DNA from: Deltaproteobacteria bacterium
Lineage (GTDB): Bacteria > SAR324 > NAC60-12
Assembly: GCA_002716165.1 (NCBI GenBank)
Contig: PAZT01000029.1
Span: forward strand, 1 to 49,456
Reading direction: 5' to 3'
Length of the DNA stretch: 49,456 nucleotides
The notes below the pieces were generated by a model, which made no database searches, was not told the origin of the DNA, and saw only the letters and a list, made by a program, of their open reading frames with translations. This document shows, one piece after another, positions 19,497-28,925 of this stretch (positions within the stretch are counted from its first letter, which is position 1; each line of letters starts with the position of its first letter). The position numbers and the translations under genes are program-made.

Positions 19497-19673
19497 TTTT
19501 GATCTAAATATTTAAAATGGTTTAAACAGTCTTTAACAAGCATTTTTTCAATTTATTAAAAAACAAAAAATTATTTGTGGTCTGTAACTTGCAGCATTAC
19601 TAATTAATGTCATTACAATACAAAAAATAATTTATTAATTAATTATAAAAATCAATTATTTAGGAGAACAATA

Positions 19674-19847
19674 ATGAGTGTTTCACGTGATCAAGTAAAT
19701 GATGCAATGGTTCGTTTTTTAGAACGTGGCGGTTCAATTCGACGCTACGAAAGAGTTGTAGGTGAGCCAATTTTAGGCAGTGATATATGGCTTACAGAAG
19801 ATACCATGGAGCTGATAGAAACTAATGACTCTGATTTCTGGGGCTAA
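19674..19847 (+). CDS. small acidic protein, 57 aa, paralogue A (unassigned family)
   Basis: Own translation: MSVSRDQVNDAMVRFLERGGSIRRYERVVGEPILGSDIWLTEDTMELIETNDSDFWG. AGGAG at 19662-19666, 7 nt before the ATG. Paralogous to the next ORF, with mainly synonymous differences in the conserved blocks. Confidence 0.65.
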   Translation: MSVSRDQVNDAMVRFLERGGSIRRYERVVGEPILGSDIWLTEDTMELIETNDSDFWG

Positions 19848-19942
19848 TTAATTTATACAAAACTTGCTATAAACTAAATCTGACAAATCAATAATCTTAT
19901 AGTTTAAAGTATTTCTTCAAAAGAGAAGAATCAGGAGTAAAA

Positions 19943-20101
19943 ATGGGTGTTTCCAGTGAAAAAATCAATGATGCAATGGCACGATTTATAATGAGCAGAT
20001 ACCAGCGTACAGTCCATGTACCTGATATGAGAAGTGGATTAGTATTCTCCCAGAATACCATGGAGCTTATTGAAACGCATGATTCTGATTTTCTGGGATA
20101 A
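19943..20101 (+). CDS. small acidic protein, 52 aa, paralogue B (unassigned family)
   Basis: Own translation: MGVSSEKINDAMARFIMSRYQRTVHVPDMRSGLVFSQNTMELIETHDSDFLG. AGGAG at 19933-19937, 5 nt before the ATG. Shares the VS...(V/I)NDAM.RF and TMELIET.DSDF.G blocks with paralogue A. Confidence 0.65.
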   Translation: MGVSSEKINDAMARFIMSRYQRTVHVPDMRSGLVFSQNTMELIETHDSDFLG

Positions 20102-20325
20102 GATTTCTTAAAAAGACCTTATTCTAAAATTCCATTACAATTTGTTTGGTTTGTAGTTGAAGTATGTAAATGATAAAACATTTTCCACTGTGAATTCATT
20201 ATATACTTACTATTAGCCAGAATCTTTAAAGCAGATGAAAATGTGTTTTTTCTTAGAATCATGACTTAATTTAAGAAATATAACTCGGCAAAGTTATCAC
20301 AAATTTTTTAGCCCTAAAAAATCTG

Positions 20326-22554
20326 TTAGACACTTCTCTGGGACTGTTCAAATAATTTCCAGCAAATAATAGGAATTTCTTTTAGTATGTCAGTATTATT
20401 GATGCTATAAACTTTTGCTTTTGTAAATGCTTGAGCGTTTTTTTTTCTAATTTTGCTCTTAATTATTTTTTCTCCTCCCCAAAAGTCTCCTTTTGAAATA
20501 AGATGCTTTTTTGAAGAGGTGTTACTTTGCATACCATTAAGCTCAATTTTACCTTCCTTAACTAACATTAGTCCATCATAAACTATTTTCTCACCTTTTG
20601 AGTAATTTTTGAGTGTCATATTTTGTGCAATTTGACTCTGAACCGGTGATGAAATTGATTCCCCAAATAACCAAGTTTGTTGAAGAAACTCGGTGATTTC
20701 ATGGGTTTTTTTAAGTTGTTCCATCAATTTGTTTCGATGTACAAACTCTTTGAACAAAATTTCTGGAATTCTTAATGTTTCAATGTGACTTAATGCACGG
20801 TATATCCCAGTACTTTTAAGGCCAAACAGAACTGCAAGGTCTCCTATAAGAGTTCCGCTTGATAACTGATAACTCGTTTTTTCTTCTGAAGAAAGGAATT
20901 CTGCAACACCGGTCAGCACTAGAAAGGCATGATCTGGGATTTCCTTATCCTTTAACAAAATTGTTCCGGGACTGACTAGCTCACGTTTGCAATTAAGCAG
21001 CATATGTATTTCACCTTCTTCAACGTTCGGATAATATCCCTTGAGGTAAGAACCTCCAAATTCAAGAGAATAATCTTCATGACCTTCAATTAAAACATCA
21101 GTGCTACCAAAAGTTACCCCACATCCAATTAACTGTTCTTCCTTTGATAGCTTATGGGCGGTGTGAGCTAATATGATTTTTTCTGATTTGTCATCCTTGA
21201 AATCATTAGCTTTGCCGTGAATAATTCCTCCCCCGATATCAATTTTCTTTACTTGGACCGGAAGTAGGTAATCTTTCCAGACCTTATTCTTTAATTTTTT
21301 GCTTATTCCTGGTTTTTTCTTATTTTCCTCGAGCATCTTATTAAGTACATCATGAGATGCTACATCCGCTAAATGTGCGTAAGTCGCATACCCGGTTTCC
21401 CAAAGTGTCCTGAAGAAGAGGATATTTGTTTCAACGGGATGAGGTGAATATACTGGCTTTACTTCAAGTCCATCAATATTGTTCCATTCATCAAACTCAA
21501 GGTCGCAAACATCGAAATATTCTGCAAATGTACTTTCCTCAATTGACATAAGTGAAGATAATTTTTTTGTCACTGAGGCACGCACCATTTGAGTGGAATA
21601 GTATTTAATTTTATGGTTTGTGTGGATAAGTGTGGTAAGTCCAGCAAAATGATCATCATGGGAGTGTGTATGAAAAATTCCTTCTACTTCATTTACATCA
21701 ACGCCAATGGCATTGAGTGTATGCGCAATGTTAGGGCCAACATCAATTAGAAAGATTTTCCCTTGAAAGCAAATAACACTTGCCATACAGGGACGATCAA
21801 TATCCCAGCCGTCCCCCTCTCCGGTATGGACCACTGAAAAATAATCACGCTTGAAATAATGATTTTCAAGTTGGTAGGGAGTCTCATAAGTTTCATTTTT
21901 AGCTAGATTCAGATCTATTTCAACAACCTCATCTTTATAAATAAATTCGTAACAGTTTATCCCCTTTCTTACTACTTTAACTCCGTTAATTACTTCTACA
22001 GGTTCATGATCAACAATTACTGAATGCAACAAATCGCTACTAGGTTTTATTTCTCCAAATGCAAAGAATAGCTTTATTCTCATCATCTCTTTTGCTTGCT
22101 CTCTAGGTAAGCCCGAGGCCATAATTTCTTCTAGACTCGTCAAACCATAATTGCCGCTATAAATGTAATTCATCTGAGCATTTACAACGTTTTCTTGTCC
22201 TATTAGTAGAGGTTTTACACCAGTATTATTTGGGTGATTTGGTAGGATCATACCTTGTCGGTAAAGCATCTGTAGTACTGGGAATTCTGCTAAATTTGCA
22301 AAGTCTCCTTTTTGAACACTAAGGTCTGAAAGAAGGATGGCATTAGGTCCCGTTTCATTAGTAATTTTGCCATGGGAATGGTGTTTTTGGTCTGATTCAG
22401 AATTGTTTTCTAATTCATAATCACGAATCTTACCTGCTTTCATCAAGTGTTTGACGCTGTCTGCTGGGCATCCACATAGTACAAACAATTCTGCTTCTGG
22501 AATCTCCAACCAGAAAACGCCAGTAGATATTTTCGTCTTAGAAATTTTTGACAT
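20326..22554 (-). CDS. metallo-beta-lactamase-fold hydrolase fused to C-terminal cyclic-nucleotide-binding domains (possible cNMP-regulated phosphodiesterase)
   Basis: 742 aa. HxHxDH motif FHTHSHDDHFAGL near codon 297. C-terminal third shows cNMP-binding beta-barrel features (GTLIGDLAVLFGLKSTGIYRAL...; GDFWGGEKII). N-terminal ~250 aa unassigned. Confidence 0.78.
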   Translation of the reverse strand: MSKISKTKISTGVFWLEIPEAELFVLCGCPADSVKHLMKAGKIRDYELENNSESDQKHHSHGKITNETGPNAILLSDLSVQKGDFANLAEFPVLQMLYRQGMILPNHPNNTGVKPLLIGQENVVNAQMNYIYSGNYGLTSLEEIMASGLPREQAKEMMRIKLFFAFGEIKPSSDLLHSVIVDHEPVEVINGVKVVRKGINCYEFIYKDEVVEIDLNLAKNETYETPYQLENHYFKRDYFSVVHTGEGDGWDIDRPCMASVICFQGKIFLIDVGPNIAHTLNAIGVDVNEVEGIFHTHSHDDHFAGLTTLIHTNHKIKYYSTQMVRASVTKKLSSLMSIEESTFAEYFDVCDLEFDEWNNIDGLEVKPVYSPHPVETNILFFRTLWETGYATYAHLADVASHDVLNKMLEENKKKPGISKKLKNKVWKDYLLPVQVKKIDIGGGIIHGKANDFKDDKSEKIILAHTAHKLSKEEQLIGCGVTFGSTDVLIEGHEDYSLEFGGSYLKGYYPNVEEGEIHMLLNCKRELVSPGTILLKDKEIPDHAFLVLTGVAEFLSSEEKTSYQLSSGTLIGDLAVLFGLKSTGIYRALSHIETLRIPEILFKEFVHRNKLMEQLKKTHEITEFLQQTWLFGESISSPVQSQIAQNMTLKNYSKGEKIVYDGLMLVKEGKIELNGMQSNTSSKKHLISKGDFWGGEKIIKSKIRKKNAQAFTKAKVYSINNTDILKEIPIICWKLFEQSQRSV

Positions 22555-22602
22555 TTAGATATTCAAAAAACACCCGTATTTTTATTTAAGTTTCAAACTG
22601 GA

Positions 22603-22848
22603 TTAACCTCCACTGACTGGAGGAATCAAGCAATATTCTTCACCATCTATAACTAAAGATGATTTTTCAATATATCTATCCCGATGAGCCAGCCGAGTTG
22701 ATTTTAATATTGGTTCAGCTTGAGGATAATTTTGAGACAGCAATTCAATAACCATCATGGCAGTGCATTCCTCAGGAATTTTTAGCGAAATTGGCTCATC
22801 AGAAATTATTTCTTGGAGCACAGCATAGCAGATCAACTTGATTTCCAC
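22603..22848 (-). CDS. moaD: MoaD/ThiS-family ubiquitin-like sulfur-carrier protein
   Basis: 81 aa. Ends DGEEYCLIPPVSGG, the canonical MoaD tail (DGDE.A..PPV.GG) with a di-glycine terminus. Confidence 0.8.
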   Translation of the reverse strand: MEIKLICYAVLQEIISDEPISLKIPEECTAMMVIELLSQNYPQAEPILKSTRLAHRDRYIEKSSLVIDGEEYCLIPPVSGG

Positions 22849-23130
22849 AAATCTATAAGATAATGAAAATTAAATGAAAAAAGAATATTTTCAATTTTAA
22901 TTTAAGCTTCTAATGCACTATTAAGAAACTTTATTTTAATACGATATGGCCTCATCTAAATCAGTAAAATAAGCACAACCAGTGAATAATTCAATATCAA
23001 TGGACCGGAGATTATAAAAACTGCTAAAGCAATTCTAAACTTTTGATAATTACATGAAAAACATTTTTTATTAAGCTTTTAAAGAAATAATAAAAATATT
23101 GTTCACAATAGAAGAATATTTCTAAGTCAG

Positions 23131-25608
23131 TCAATTTCTTAAGGTTGCCTGAAACTCATTTGCAAGACGCCTAACAATTTTTTCTCTTATCTTTCCTACT
23201 TCATCGTCTGTAAGTGTTCTGTCGGGTGCCTGAAAAGTAAGTGAGTAAGCCAGACTTTTTTTCCCCTTATCGACCTGTTCGCCTTCATATATATCAAAAA
23301 GAGTGGCTTTTTTAAGCAATGGGTTTCCTGTTTTAAGAATCACAGGTGTAATTTTCTCTAAAGGCATGCCTGCATCAACCACAATAGCCAGATCTTCAAA
23401 AATAGGTGTGTAATTTGAAATTGACTTCATCTGGTAATTTTCAATTCCAAACTTAATGATAAGATCAAGGTCTAGTTCTGCAATACAAACTGGTTGTTCA
23501 GGAAGATTAAAGGTTCCTCTTATTTTTGGATGTAATTCTCCTGCAAAACCTAAAACACTTCCATTTACCAATATATTGGCGCAGCGTCCAGGGTGACAAG
23601 GTAGCTCCCTTGATTTTTCCCAATCAACATCGTCTAAATGTAGTGATTTAAAAAAGTGTTCCAAAACACCCTTAAGGTCAAAGAAGTCATAGTTCCCTTT
23701 GTCCTGATTCAACCAGGAATTTGTATACCTTACTCCGCTCATTAATAAAGATAACCTTTGGGGTTCGTTCGGAAGAATGTTCCCTTTTTGTGGATGAAAA
23801 ACACTTCCAACTTCAAAAGTATTAACTCGGTCTAAAAATCTCAGGTTAGTGCGCGCAGTAATCAATGCCCCAGGCAGCAGAGAACGACGCAGGTGGCTAC
23901 GTTCCTGTGACAGAGGATTTTTAATGGGAACAAATGCATCAAGATCAGCATGTTTTTCCAATTGCAAATCTGCTTCCTCCGTAGGGTCCATAATGGAATA
24001 AGTAATGATTTCGTCCATACCAGAAGACACAAGAATATCTCTCAAGCGTTCTATTCCTTCCAAATTCTGATTTCCACGCTGGGGAGGAAGCTCATCTTTG
24101 ATTAGAGTTGGTGTGAGATTTTCAAATCCATATACTCTTACTATTTCTTCAACAAGATCTGCAGGAATACGAATATCCATACGATGGCTAGGAACAATTA
24201 TTTTTAATATTTTTTTTCCTGAAACTTTAAATTCTAAAGCATTTAAAATTTTTTTAATTTGCTCAACAGTAATATTTATTCCCAATAGACGTTCTACATA
24301 TTTTGGATTAATTTCAAGAGTTACTTCTTCTTTAGGGCTTGGATAAAGGTCACCAGCTATCTCTTCGAGAGTTCCTGAACCATATTCAACAATTAATTCT
24401 GCTGCCCTTAAAGCTGCCCGAAGGGTACCTTCTGGATCAACTTGTTTCCCAAACCTTTCACTTGCTTCTGTACGTAGTTTAAGAATCTGAGAAGTGCGTC
24501 GATTATTGAGAAATTCAAAATTAGCAGCTTCAAGCAAAATATTAGTAGTTTTATCAGTAACTTCTGAATTTTGCCCACCCATTACTCCAGCGATTCCTAA
24601 ATGGCCGACTTCGTCTGTAATCATCAGCATTTCGCTATCAAGTTTGCGTTCAACATTATCCAGTGTGATCATGGATTCGCCTTCTCTAGCGCGACGTATA
24701 GTAATCTTTGGTTTATCACCATTTGTTCTATTGATAAGCTTATCGTAATCGAAAGCATGTAAAGGTTGTCCCAGTTCCATCATCACATAATTAGTTATGT
24801 CAACAATATTATTGATTGGGCGCATTCCGAGACGTAAAAGTCTTTGTTGCATCCAGAATGGAGATGGAGAAATTTCAACGTTACGAATTAATAATGCTGA
24901 ATAGCGGGAACAGATATCTGAAGCATTGATTTCTAGATCAACAAAAGGTGGTTGTTCAAAGACTTTCAATTTTGATAAATCAGGCATAAAACTCTGGTTT
25001 AAATTTTCTTCTGTCATTGCTGCTATTTCTCGTCCTATTCCAAGAATGGAGAGTAAATGACTGAACCCACCTTTGATATCAAAATGCAATACTACATCAC
25101 CTAAATAATCTTTTAGCAAAGTGCCCATTGGCGCATCTTCAGGAAGAATTAGAATGCCTTCGTGGTTTTCACTGAGTCCTAATTCAAGTTCCGAGCAGAG
25201 CATTCCTTCTGATTCAATTCCTCTTATTTTGGCGGATTTAAGCTTTTTAAGAGGATGACCATCATTGTGAGCATCAAAAAGCATCGCTCCTGAAAGGGCT
25301 AGGGCTACTTTTGGAACTGGACTCGGTAGATTACCTTCCATTTGACTGATATTCGGTGCTCCGGTGACAATTGTAATGGGTTTGTCTGCACCAAATTCGA
25401 CATCTACCAGATTTAAATTATCTGCATTAGGATGCTTTCTAATCTCTCTGAGTTCTCCAACAACACAATATTCTCCCCAACTATCACCAATATTTTCTAT
25501 TGATTCAACTTCAAGTCCTGCCGTTGTAAGGCGATCTGCCAACTGGTCAGGTGTTATTTTAATTGAAACAAAATCCCTTATCCAACTTAGGGGAACTTGT
25601 ATTGCCAT
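23131..25608 (-). CDS. pheT: phenylalanine--tRNA ligase beta subunit
   Basis: 825 aa. N-terminal SWIRDF...tRNA-binding domain, B3/4, B5 and C-terminal anticodon-binding-like (FDIYEGE..) segments in the canonical order. Confidence 0.95.
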   Translation of the reverse strand: MAIQVPLSWIRDFVSIKITPDQLADRLTTAGLEVESIENIGDSWGEYCVVGELREIRKHPNADNLNLVDVEFGADKPITIVTGAPNISQMEGNLPSPVPKVALALSGAMLFDAHNDGHPLKKLKSAKIRGIESEGMLCSELELGLSENHEGILILPEDAPMGTLLKDYLGDVVLHFDIKGGFSHLLSILGIGREIAAMTEENLNQSFMPDLSKLKVFEQPPFVDLEINASDICSRYSALLIRNVEISPSPFWMQQRLLRLGMRPINNIVDITNYVMMELGQPLHAFDYDKLINRTNGDKPKITIRRAREGESMITLDNVERKLDSEMLMITDEVGHLGIAGVMGGQNSEVTDKTTNILLEAANFEFLNNRRTSQILKLRTEASERFGKQVDPEGTLRAALRAAELIVEYGSGTLEEIAGDLYPSPKEEVTLEINPKYVERLLGINITVEQIKKILNALEFKVSGKKILKIIVPSHRMDIRIPADLVEEIVRVYGFENLTPTLIKDELPPQRGNQNLEGIERLRDILVSSGMDEIITYSIMDPTEEADLQLEKHADLDAFVPIKNPLSQERSHLRRSLLPGALITARTNLRFLDRVNTFEVGSVFHPQKGNILPNEPQRLSLLMSGVRYTNSWLNQDKGNYDFFDLKGVLEHFFKSLHLDDVDWEKSRELPCHPGRCANILVNGSVLGFAGELHPKIRGTFNLPEQPVCIAELDLDLIIKFGIENYQMKSISNYTPIFEDLAIVVDAGMPLEKITPVILKTGNPLLKKATLFDIYEGEQVDKGKKSLAYSLTFQAPDRTLTDDEVGKIREKIVRRLANEFQATLRN

Positions 25609-25745
25609 GTTATTCTTGAATAGAGTAAGTGATTATTGAGAATCTTCTAATTTATTGAAAAAATTTTTTTTTCAGAATCAAATTTTTTATGAATAAATAA
25701 AAGATAATTCTCTGGAGAAATGAAGGGAAAAGCAAGACAGAACAG

Positions 25746-26168
25746 TTAACGAATTTGATTGCATTTCATTCTAATATCCTTGAATTGATAAGATTTACGT
25801 TTCCAAATTTCTTTAGAGCGTATTTTTTTTGATACATTCCCTTTTTCTTTGAGATTTTGGAGAAGCTTTCTTTCACCGGGACTGAGAGGTAGATTTGAAC
25901 GAAGTTTAACCCAAATGTTTTGGATAAGCAGTACTTCTTGTTCAAGGTTCATTTCGGGTCTTTTTTTTATTTTTCTTATTATTTTTTCTGCCTCAATTTT
26001 ACATTTTGTTTTTTTATAATGCTTCATAAACATACGGTCTGTGGCATATTCCTGTGATTCAGCAGAATTTCCTCCAGCAAGCAAAAATAATATTAAAATA
26101 GAGTAAAATTTTAAGCAGTAAAATAAGTTTATATTCCTATTCTTTTGTTGTTTTAAATTCTTGCCCAT
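25746..26168 (-). CDS. hypothetical secreted, lysine-rich protein
   Basis: ATG start. Hydrophobic signal-like segment FYSILILFLLAGGNSAES. No family recognised. Confidence 0.4.
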   Translation of the reverse strand: MGKNLKQQKNRNINLFYCLKFYSILILFLLAGGNSAESQEYATDRMFMKHYKKTKCKIEAEKIIRKIKKRPEMNLEQEVLLIQNIWVKLRSNLPLSPGERKLLQNLKEKGNVSKKIRSKEIWKRKSYQFKDIRMKCNQIR

Positions 26169-26397
26169 TATACTAGTTATTAAATTCTATTCATTTAATT
26201 CTTTCTCAAGTTTCTCAGATACTTGCCGATGTATAGTATAGTTTGATAAGTTTTTACCACATCTAACTTTCAAAAAGCAAATTTAACACCTTTAACTTTG
26301 GTTATATTTTTTCCTTTTGAAATAATTATTTTTTAGATTAAAAAAATGATTAAGTTTTTCACATACTTTTTATTTAATTCGGTGACAGGTTAAACAA

Positions 26398-26622
26398 ATG
26401 ACTCAAACAGAAAAATTATCAGAAAAATTTAGTAAAGCGGTAGGAGTTGATCTCAACAAACAATTTGAGCACCAAGTTTATGGTACTATAATGGAATTGA
26501 TAGATTCTCTAGAAAATAGATTAATTGATAACGAAACTAAAGTTGACTATGCAACGCATATATTTGCAAAAGCGCTCGACGAAATGGTAGATTATCTAGA
26601 GTCACCAAGATTGCTGAACTGA
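26398..26622 (+). CDS. hypothetical protein (74 aa, acidic, helical)
   Basis: ORF only. No motif recognised. Confidence 0.35.
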   Translation: MTQTEKLSEKFSKAVGVDLNKQFEHQVYGTIMELIDSLENRLIDNETKVDYATHIFAKALDEMVDYLESPRLLN

Positions 26623-27036
26623 AAATAATTTTATCTTAAGATAAGATTTATCTATCGAGGAGTTAAGGCAAATATTTGCTCGGGCTTTTATAATTTTAAT
26701 TTAAAGGATTCTTCCTAATAATTAAATGACCCATCCGTCATGTTTTTAGATCGGCTTCAATAATTTTTATCATTTTATTCTTTAATACATTCCTTTTATT
26801 TCTCTCTACACTAGTTTATCTTACTATATTTCCTATTCCCAAAGATCTTAAATATTTAACCTATTAAAATGAAGTATTTCTTTCTCTGAGAATTTAGTTT
26901 CCTTCAAGTAAAAATAGTTATGAGATTTAAAGAACAAATTTAAGATGGTTATGAAGTTACTTTTAAAAAAATCAAGACCCCAATGTTGAGTAAAAGATGA
27001 CTTATTATTTATGTTTTGTTTTATAAAATCTGAAGT

Positions 27037-27627
27037 TTAAAAAGAAAAACCTGCTAGAAAAAATGGGACTAAAGGAAGGAATCTTAGTTTATCTATACGC
27101 TCATCGGCATCTGTTTCAAAGCCATTGTCACTTTTAATTTCCTCACTTTCTTTGTTTTCATTGGAAAATGCAGGACCTGCACCCAATAAAATACTAATAT
27201 CATTATCGAAAAACCAACTATATCCCCCGATAGCACTCAATCCCCATCCAGAATAAGTGTATTTTGATCCATCGTCTGTTGTAATAATTGAATTACTATT
27301 GTTCAAAATGAAAACTATAAAATAAGAGTCACAATTTATACAATCAAATCCATACGCATAATTTAATCCATAAAAGTTTTTTTCAAGGGATTCAACATTG
27401 TTTACATTTATTCGTGTAGAAGGAATTTGAGCAAAATGCAATCCAACAGCATTTTGTGAGTCTAAATTATATGTCAATGCATTAGCAACTAAAGCAGATC
27501 TAAAAGCAAATCTTTTTTCATCATCAGATTGACCAAAAAGTGGAGATGTCATACAAAGAAAAAGTATGATTGAAAAATGATAATGTTTCATTTCACTCAA
27601 TAGTAGTAGTTTTGAATATATAATCAT
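27037..27627 (-). CDS. putative outer-membrane beta-barrel protein
   Basis: Signal peptide; the start is more likely the ATG at 27591 (MKHYHFSIILFLCMTSPLFGQS). Alternating aromatic/small residues. C-terminal ...LAGFSF ends in Phe, as in OMP beta-signals. Confidence 0.5.
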   Translation of the reverse strand: MIIYSKLLLLSEMKHYHFSIILFLCMTSPLFGQSDDEKRFAFRSALVANALTYNLDSQNAVGLHFAQIPSTRINVNNVESLEKNFYGLNYAYGFDCINCDSYFIVFILNNSNSIITTDDGSKYTYSGWGLSAIGGYSWFFDNDISILLGAGPAFSNENKESEEIKSDNGFETDADERIDKLRFLPLVPFFLAGFSF

Positions 27628-27871
27628 ATAAGATAGTTTAAAATAGAATGTATCACCAAAACCAAGTTCTTAAAACAAAATTTTATCAAAAATTATAATA
27701 TTTTTAGACGATATTTGATTTTTAAAAAGATGTGACCATTCATCATTTAAATTATGTCGTTTCTGAATTTTTCAATAGCCTTCAATTAAGCATCATAAAA
27801 ATATTTTTTTAGTCAGTAAGTGTGTGGGGATCTTTTTTTGGCATATAACAGAATGTTCCAAAATATGTAAG

Positions 27872-27961
27872 TGGCGGAGGGAGAGGGATTCGAACCCTCG
27901 GTACACTTTCGCATACGGCACATTAGCAATGTGCTGGTTTAAGCCACTCACCCACCCCTCC
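27872..27961 (-). tRNA. tRNA-Ser (anticodon GCU), class II with long variable arm, CCA encoded
   Basis: Hand-folded reverse complement: acceptor GGAGGGG/TCCCTCC, D-arm with GG, anticodon stem GCACA/TGTGC with loop TTGCTAA, long variable arm, T-arm GAGGG-TTCGAAT-CCCTC, discriminator G, CCA. Confidence 0.9.
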
Positions 27962-28267
27962 GGAAGAAACTGAGTATTCACAATTCCGTATGTTCAAAGT
28001 CGCTCAGACAGGATGTTAAGTTTAAGGAGTCAAGCTTACATTGTGTTTTAATTAATATATATTTGGCAAGTTTTTCTTTACAAATTGCTGATTTATTATT
28101 TAAATTTTTGTTTATTTAAAATGAGACTTTAATTTTTGATGATGATAAATGTTCTTTTACTTAGTTTGACTTGAGAGCAGTCCTAATTTTCTGCTAAAAT
28201 TAACTTAATTCTTTAATTTTCATCAGGTTTTTTTAACAATTTAATTATAATTATCAGGAGAAAAAAA

Positions 28268-28843
28268 TTGGACAAAAAAAAAGTGATTCAGGCTATGCAA
28301 ATGCTTCTAGAAGGATTGGGTCTGGATATGGAAGACAAGCATTTTCAAAAAACCCCGGAAAGGGCAGCAAAATCCTGGTCGGAAGAAATTTGCGCCGGAC
28401 TGGGTGAAAAGAAATTTCGTCTAACCACATTCCCCACTTCTGAAAATTATGAACCAAGCATGGTGGTACTTCAGCACATACCTGTCAAATCAGTTTGTGC
28501 CCATCATTTACTCCCATTCATTGGAGAAGCTACAGTAGCCTATATCCCCAACAAGATGCTTTGCGGAATTTCAAAGCTTTCAAGAATCGTAGATTATTTT
28601 TCCAGACGTCCACAGGTTCAGGAAGAGCTAACCAGTGATATTGCGAACTTCCTGCGAGAAAATCTTGATCCTCAAGGGGTTGGAGTTATTATCAAAGCTA
28701 CACACATGTGTATGGCAATGCGCGGGGTTAGTCACGATGGTGTGATGACAACCAGCAGTTTAAAAGGCTCATTTCTTAATGAAAGTAATGTGCGAGCTGA
28801 ATTTATGGCATTGGCAAATACAGAGAGTTTAGTAAAATTATAA
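28268..28843 (+). CDS. folE: GTP cyclohydrolase I (type 1)
   Basis: CAHHLLPF zinc/active-site motif. SRRPQVQEELT motif. TTG start supported by AGGAG at 28256-28260, 7 nt upstream. Confidence 0.92.
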   Translation: MDKKKVIQAMQMLLEGLGLDMEDKHFQKTPERAAKSWSEEICAGLGEKKFRLTTFPTSENYEPSMVVLQHIPVKSVCAHHLLPFIGEATVAYIPNKMLCGISKLSRIVDYFSRRPQVQEELTSDIANFLRENLDPQGVGVIIKATHMCMAMRGVSHDGVMTTSSLKGSFLNESNVRAEFMALANTESLVKL

Positions 28844-28925
28844 GATTAAGTTCCATTTCTTAACTCTTGAAAAAATTTTACTCCTAATTTAAATACCCAA
28901 TATTAGAGTTATATAGTAGAGCATT

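Noticed and set aside
19674-20101. Interpretation of the mini-proteins as lasso-peptide or other RiPP precursors, or as Pup/UBact-like tags.
   Set aside because: - There is no conserved Thr at -2 before a Gly core start, and no Cys.
- No maturation enzymes (lasso B/C, radical SAM, YcaO, ligase/proteasome genes) lie in the neighbourhood.
- The C-terminus is not GGQ/GGE.
- I keep this only as an untested hypothesis within the main finding.
26628-26690. Short palindromes (ttatcttaagataa and gcaaatatttgc followed by a T-rich stretch) as terminators after the 74-aa ORF. Similar weak AT-rich hairpins elsewhere, for example at 19913-19930 and 30366-30383.
   Set aside because: The stems are only 4-6 bp, AT-rich and lack a proper loop. 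I cannot distinguish them from chance in AT-rich DNA, and I identified no convincing rho-independent terminators anywhere in the window.
27793-27981. 62-aa minus-strand ORF in the track.
   Set aside because: It overlaps the hand-folded tRNA-Ser(GCU) gene at 27872-27961. The tRNA explains the sequence conservation-type features, so the ORF is spurious.
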